Source: an uncultured Actinomycetota bacterium (GTDB taxonomy: Bacteria; Actinomycetota; Humimicrobiia; Humimicrobiales; Humimicrobiaceae). From it: a DNA stretch of 64,000 nt. A program made the translations under genes and the position numbers. The DNA lies in the NCBI GenBank assembly GCA_964578625.1, contig CAZODQ010000005.1, positions 1,260-65,259 of the forward strand. The letters run 5' to 3'. Position 1 is the first letter of the stretch. The number at the start of each line of letters is the position of its first letter. Below the pieces are notes generated by a model. That model was not told the origin of the DNA. It ran no database searches and saw only the letters and a program-made list of their open reading frames with translations. This document shows, one piece after another, positions 61,937 through 64,000 of the stretch.

Positions 61937-63253
61937 TTGAATATGAGTGATCCTAACCAAAAGGACCTGGAAAAAATTATTGAATCAGCGCGACGTCTTG
62001 GTGTGGAAATTGATGAAGGCGATGCCCTACAATGGTTGGCAGCGGTCTCAGCTCAAAGCAAGTCGGGGATCGAAATGGATGAGCGCTCGGGCATATTCGG
62101 ACACAGTATTAGCTTGTTGGATTTCGACGATACAGACTTGGCTCACTTCCGCAAGATTGGGAGATTGGTTGAGTTTGATGATGTTCCTGGAAAGGTTGAA
62201 ACTGCCCTTGCTTTATCTGGGTCTGCGGCCCAGTCTAAGATCCAGACTTACCCTGGTGATGCTGATTATTTCGAGCGCGTGAATATTATAGCAGAGACAA
62301 GAGATAAAGCCTGTAAGATCTTGGCAAAATTAATGCGTAAAAAAGCGTTGGCGACACTGAAGGGAGATACCTTTCAACTCGTAGAAGTAAAATTTGGTTC
62401 TTACCCATTTGATTTCCGTCGTGGTGGGACAATTCATTCCAAAGATAATCCAATCTCATGGTCTCCGGAAGATATCCAAGCCGGTAAACTAGTTGGAGAA
62501 ACATCCGAAGGCAAGAATGTTGAAATCCTATGGAATGATGCTGCTAAGGACCCAGGCTGGTGCAAATTGGATTGGATAGTGGCAGATCCTATCCGGAAAC
62601 AACTGGTCAATGCCAGCAATATGTTAGATGTAACTTGGGAATCTCCAGACGGAGAAATCATTCCCTTGGATAGTTACTTAGATAGTTATTTTCAAGAAGT
62701 ATACTTAGATGCAGAATCAATTCCCGTTTTCAGTAAACTGGTCAAACATGTCTCTGGGGATGCCTTAGACGATTACGTCACTCAACTTGAAAAAGAAGTA
62801 AAAAAATACTGCACTAAAAATCCCAACTATGGTAAAGTTGCCAAACGGCTTTATAATATCTTTCGGCTTACTGGTCGTTATATGGATGCGGCCTATCTGC
62901 GTGAATTGTTTGACGAGCCCACTACCATACTCTACCAGATCAATGCTTTGATTCGCACAATCGATGAGACCTTTCAAAAAGGATCGAAAATTGATCGATC
63001 AACGATTTTGAATCAAACAGATGAATTGATCTTGGGAGTAACATCTGCTCTTGAGGGGGAAAAAGAAACAGAGATCGTGCGAATGCTGCTTAATTTCCGG
63101 ACACTACTTGCGGATGATATCAATCGTGGTAAATTATCACCCCAGGCAAATGCTGCAAGAGCAGAAATCATCAATATTGTTAATAACTTTTTCTACGAAA
63201 AACTCACAGGAATTCCGTCAATCAGCCAGTATATTAAAAACATTCAAAAATAA
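61937..63253 (+). CDS. hypothetical protein, GC-rich relative to the surroundings, with a possible Pol-beta-superfamily nucleotidyltransferase fold signature
   Basis: ALALSGSAAQSKIQTYPGDADYF fits hG[GS]-x(9-13)-DxD, with a downstream acidic strand LVEVKFG and a ~250-aa helical C-terminal region. GC is ~45-50% against ~30% in the flanks. Confidence 0.3.
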   Translation: MNMSDPNQKDLEKIIESARRLGVEIDEGDALQWLAAVSAQSKSGIEMDERSGIFGHSISLLDFDDTDLAHFRKIGRLVEFDDVPGKVETALALSGSAAQSKIQTYPGDADYFERVNIIAETRDKACKILAKLMRKKALATLKGDTFQLVEVKFGSYPFDFRRGGTIHSKDNPISWSPEDIQAGKLVGETSEGKNVEILWNDAAKDPGWCKLDWIVADPIRKQLVNASNMLDVTWESPDGEIIPLDSYLDSYFQEVYLDAESIPVFSKLVKHVSGDALDDYVTQLEKEVKKYCTKNPNYGKVAKRLYNIFRLTGRYMDAAYLRELFDEPTTILYQINALIRTIDETFQKGSKIDRSTILNQTDELILGVTSALEGEKETEIVRMLLNFRTLLADDINRGKLSPQANAARAEIINIVNNFFYEKLTGIPSISQYIKNIQK

Positions 63254-63320
63254 TTTAGGTCAGACAAATCAATCAATTACATAAAATACCGTAACATATA
63301 AAAAAATAATGGATCATATT

Positions 63321-63989
63321 TTAATATAGAAAATTCAGAACGAGTTCTTCTACCTTTTCTGCATTCTCAAGCTCCTCCTCAAACATGAATGTACCGTGTG
63401 AATTTCCCTCCAGTATCTCAAGGAACTTTGGTTCCATACTCTTCTCATACATATCAGTCGCCTGCTGGGCGGCATCTCCATCCCCACTTGTAGCTATAAA
63501 GAGTTTTGCTGGTACTATATCTCCTATTACACTGATAGCAGAAATACCCTGAATTTCATCAGGGGAAGAAAATGATATTACCCCATCTATTCTTTCCTTT
63601 GAAGCAACAAAAAGGCTTGCAGTTCCTCCCATGCTTGCACCCATAAGATAGATCAGTTCAGGATCATATTGTTTTATGTATTCTAATGCTGCAGTAAGAT
63701 CAATATCCATTTTGGATATATCCTGCGAACCTCCAGATTTTCCATACCCTCTGAAATCGTAAGTAAGAACGATATAACCATTTTCCTTGAGCATTTCTGC
63801 AAACTCAAACCAGCTTGTCTGATCTGTTGGATACATATGTGACAGTATGACCCATTTGTTTCCACTACCAAATATATTGCCATTAAGCTCTACATCATCT
63901 TCAGTCATAAAAGTAACTTCGCCTTCCTTTGGTAGCCCTCCTGTTTCTTCTTCCATTGCTGCCTCTTCTGTTTCCTCTTCTGCTTCCAC
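63321..63989 (-). CDS. alpha/beta hydrolase (dienelactone-hydrolase-like), probably N-terminally truncated by window edge
   Basis: Nucleophile elbow GASMGG. A Glu-rich stretch at the apparent N-terminus resembles the post-lipobox linkers of other lipoproteins here, which suggests the ORF continues past position 64000. Confidence 0.55.
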   Translation of the reverse strand: MEAEEETEEAAMEEETGGLPKEGEVTFMTEDDVELNGNIFGSGNKWVILSHMYPTDQTSWFEFAEMLKENGYIVLTYDFRGYGKSGGSQDISKMDIDLTAALEYIKQYDPELIYLMGASMGGTASLFVASKERIDGVISFSSPDEIQGISAISVIGDIVPAKLFIATSGDGDAAQQATDMYEKSMEPKFLEILEGNSHGTFMFEEELENAEKVEELVLNFLY

Positions 63990-64000
63990 AGTAGCTTCTT

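Noticed and set aside
61937-63253. Calling the GC-rich NTase-like gene a CBASS cyclase.
   Set aside because: No co-oriented effector or Cap2/Cap3-like genes are adjacent. The motif assignment rests on a short GS...DxD pattern only. It is kept as a hypothesis in the findings, not as a feature call.

Overview
This is a low-GC (roughly 30-35%) bacterial chromosomal segment with anaerobe-type content, and the gene track supports about 65 protein-coding genes.

**Gene content, start to end:**
- KDPG aldolase (5'-truncated, with a C-terminal VOC-like extension) followed by a KDG kinase.
- An FmdB-type zinc-ribbon gene and msrA.
- An ABC-2 exporter pair.
- An ATP-cone::Mrr-like nuclease singleton.
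- A GH-like lipoprotein.
- A PotBCDA-like ABC importer in the atypical order permease-permease-SBP-ATPase.
- An SDR epimerase and an L,D-transpeptidase.
- Two convergent clusters of NuoE/NuoF-type flavoprotein modules.
  - The plus-strand cluster is headed by a Fur DNA-binding domain fused to NuoE, with a Fur-box-like operator in its promoter. It also encodes a NuoF (HndC-type) and a small protein resembling the NuoG N-terminus.
  - The minus-strand operon is NuoE, a 1058-aa NuoE/NuoF fusion with a GltD-like domain, a Cys-type molybdopterin formate dehydrogenase alpha subunit, FdhD and a MobA-like gene.
- The origin-proximal block recF, DUF721, gyrB, gyrA.
- A tRNA-Ile(GAT)/tRNA-Ala(TGC) pair.
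- Rrf2 and SorC regulators.
- An orphan GatC-type PTS EIIC.
- An acetoin/pyruvate dehydrogenase complex (E1α, E1β, E2, lipB antisense, E3).
- An M23 peptidase and a DhnA-type class I aldolase.
- A PadR regulator with a perfect 20-bp palindromic operator.
- A pseudopilin and glmM preceded by a hexapeptide-repeat protein.
- A TPM-domain protein, a flavodoxin, perR and katG.

**Most notable observations:**
1. The Fur-DBD::NuoE fusion, with a Fur box overlapping its own promoter, looks like an autoregulated redox/iron-sensing module. I am not aware of this architecture being characterised.
2. A roughly 80-90-nt repeat family recurs in successive intergenic gaps of a variable region at 55.4-61.8 kb. 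That region holds GC-rich, probably horizontally acquired genes: katG and a 438-aa putative Pol-beta-fold nucleotidyltransferase-like protein.
3. The ATP-cone/Mrr nuclease sits alone as a single-gene insertion.
4. Several lipoproteins share glutamate-rich acidic linkers immediately after the lipobox cysteine.

No CRISPR array, rRNA or recognisable transposase/integrase was seen.
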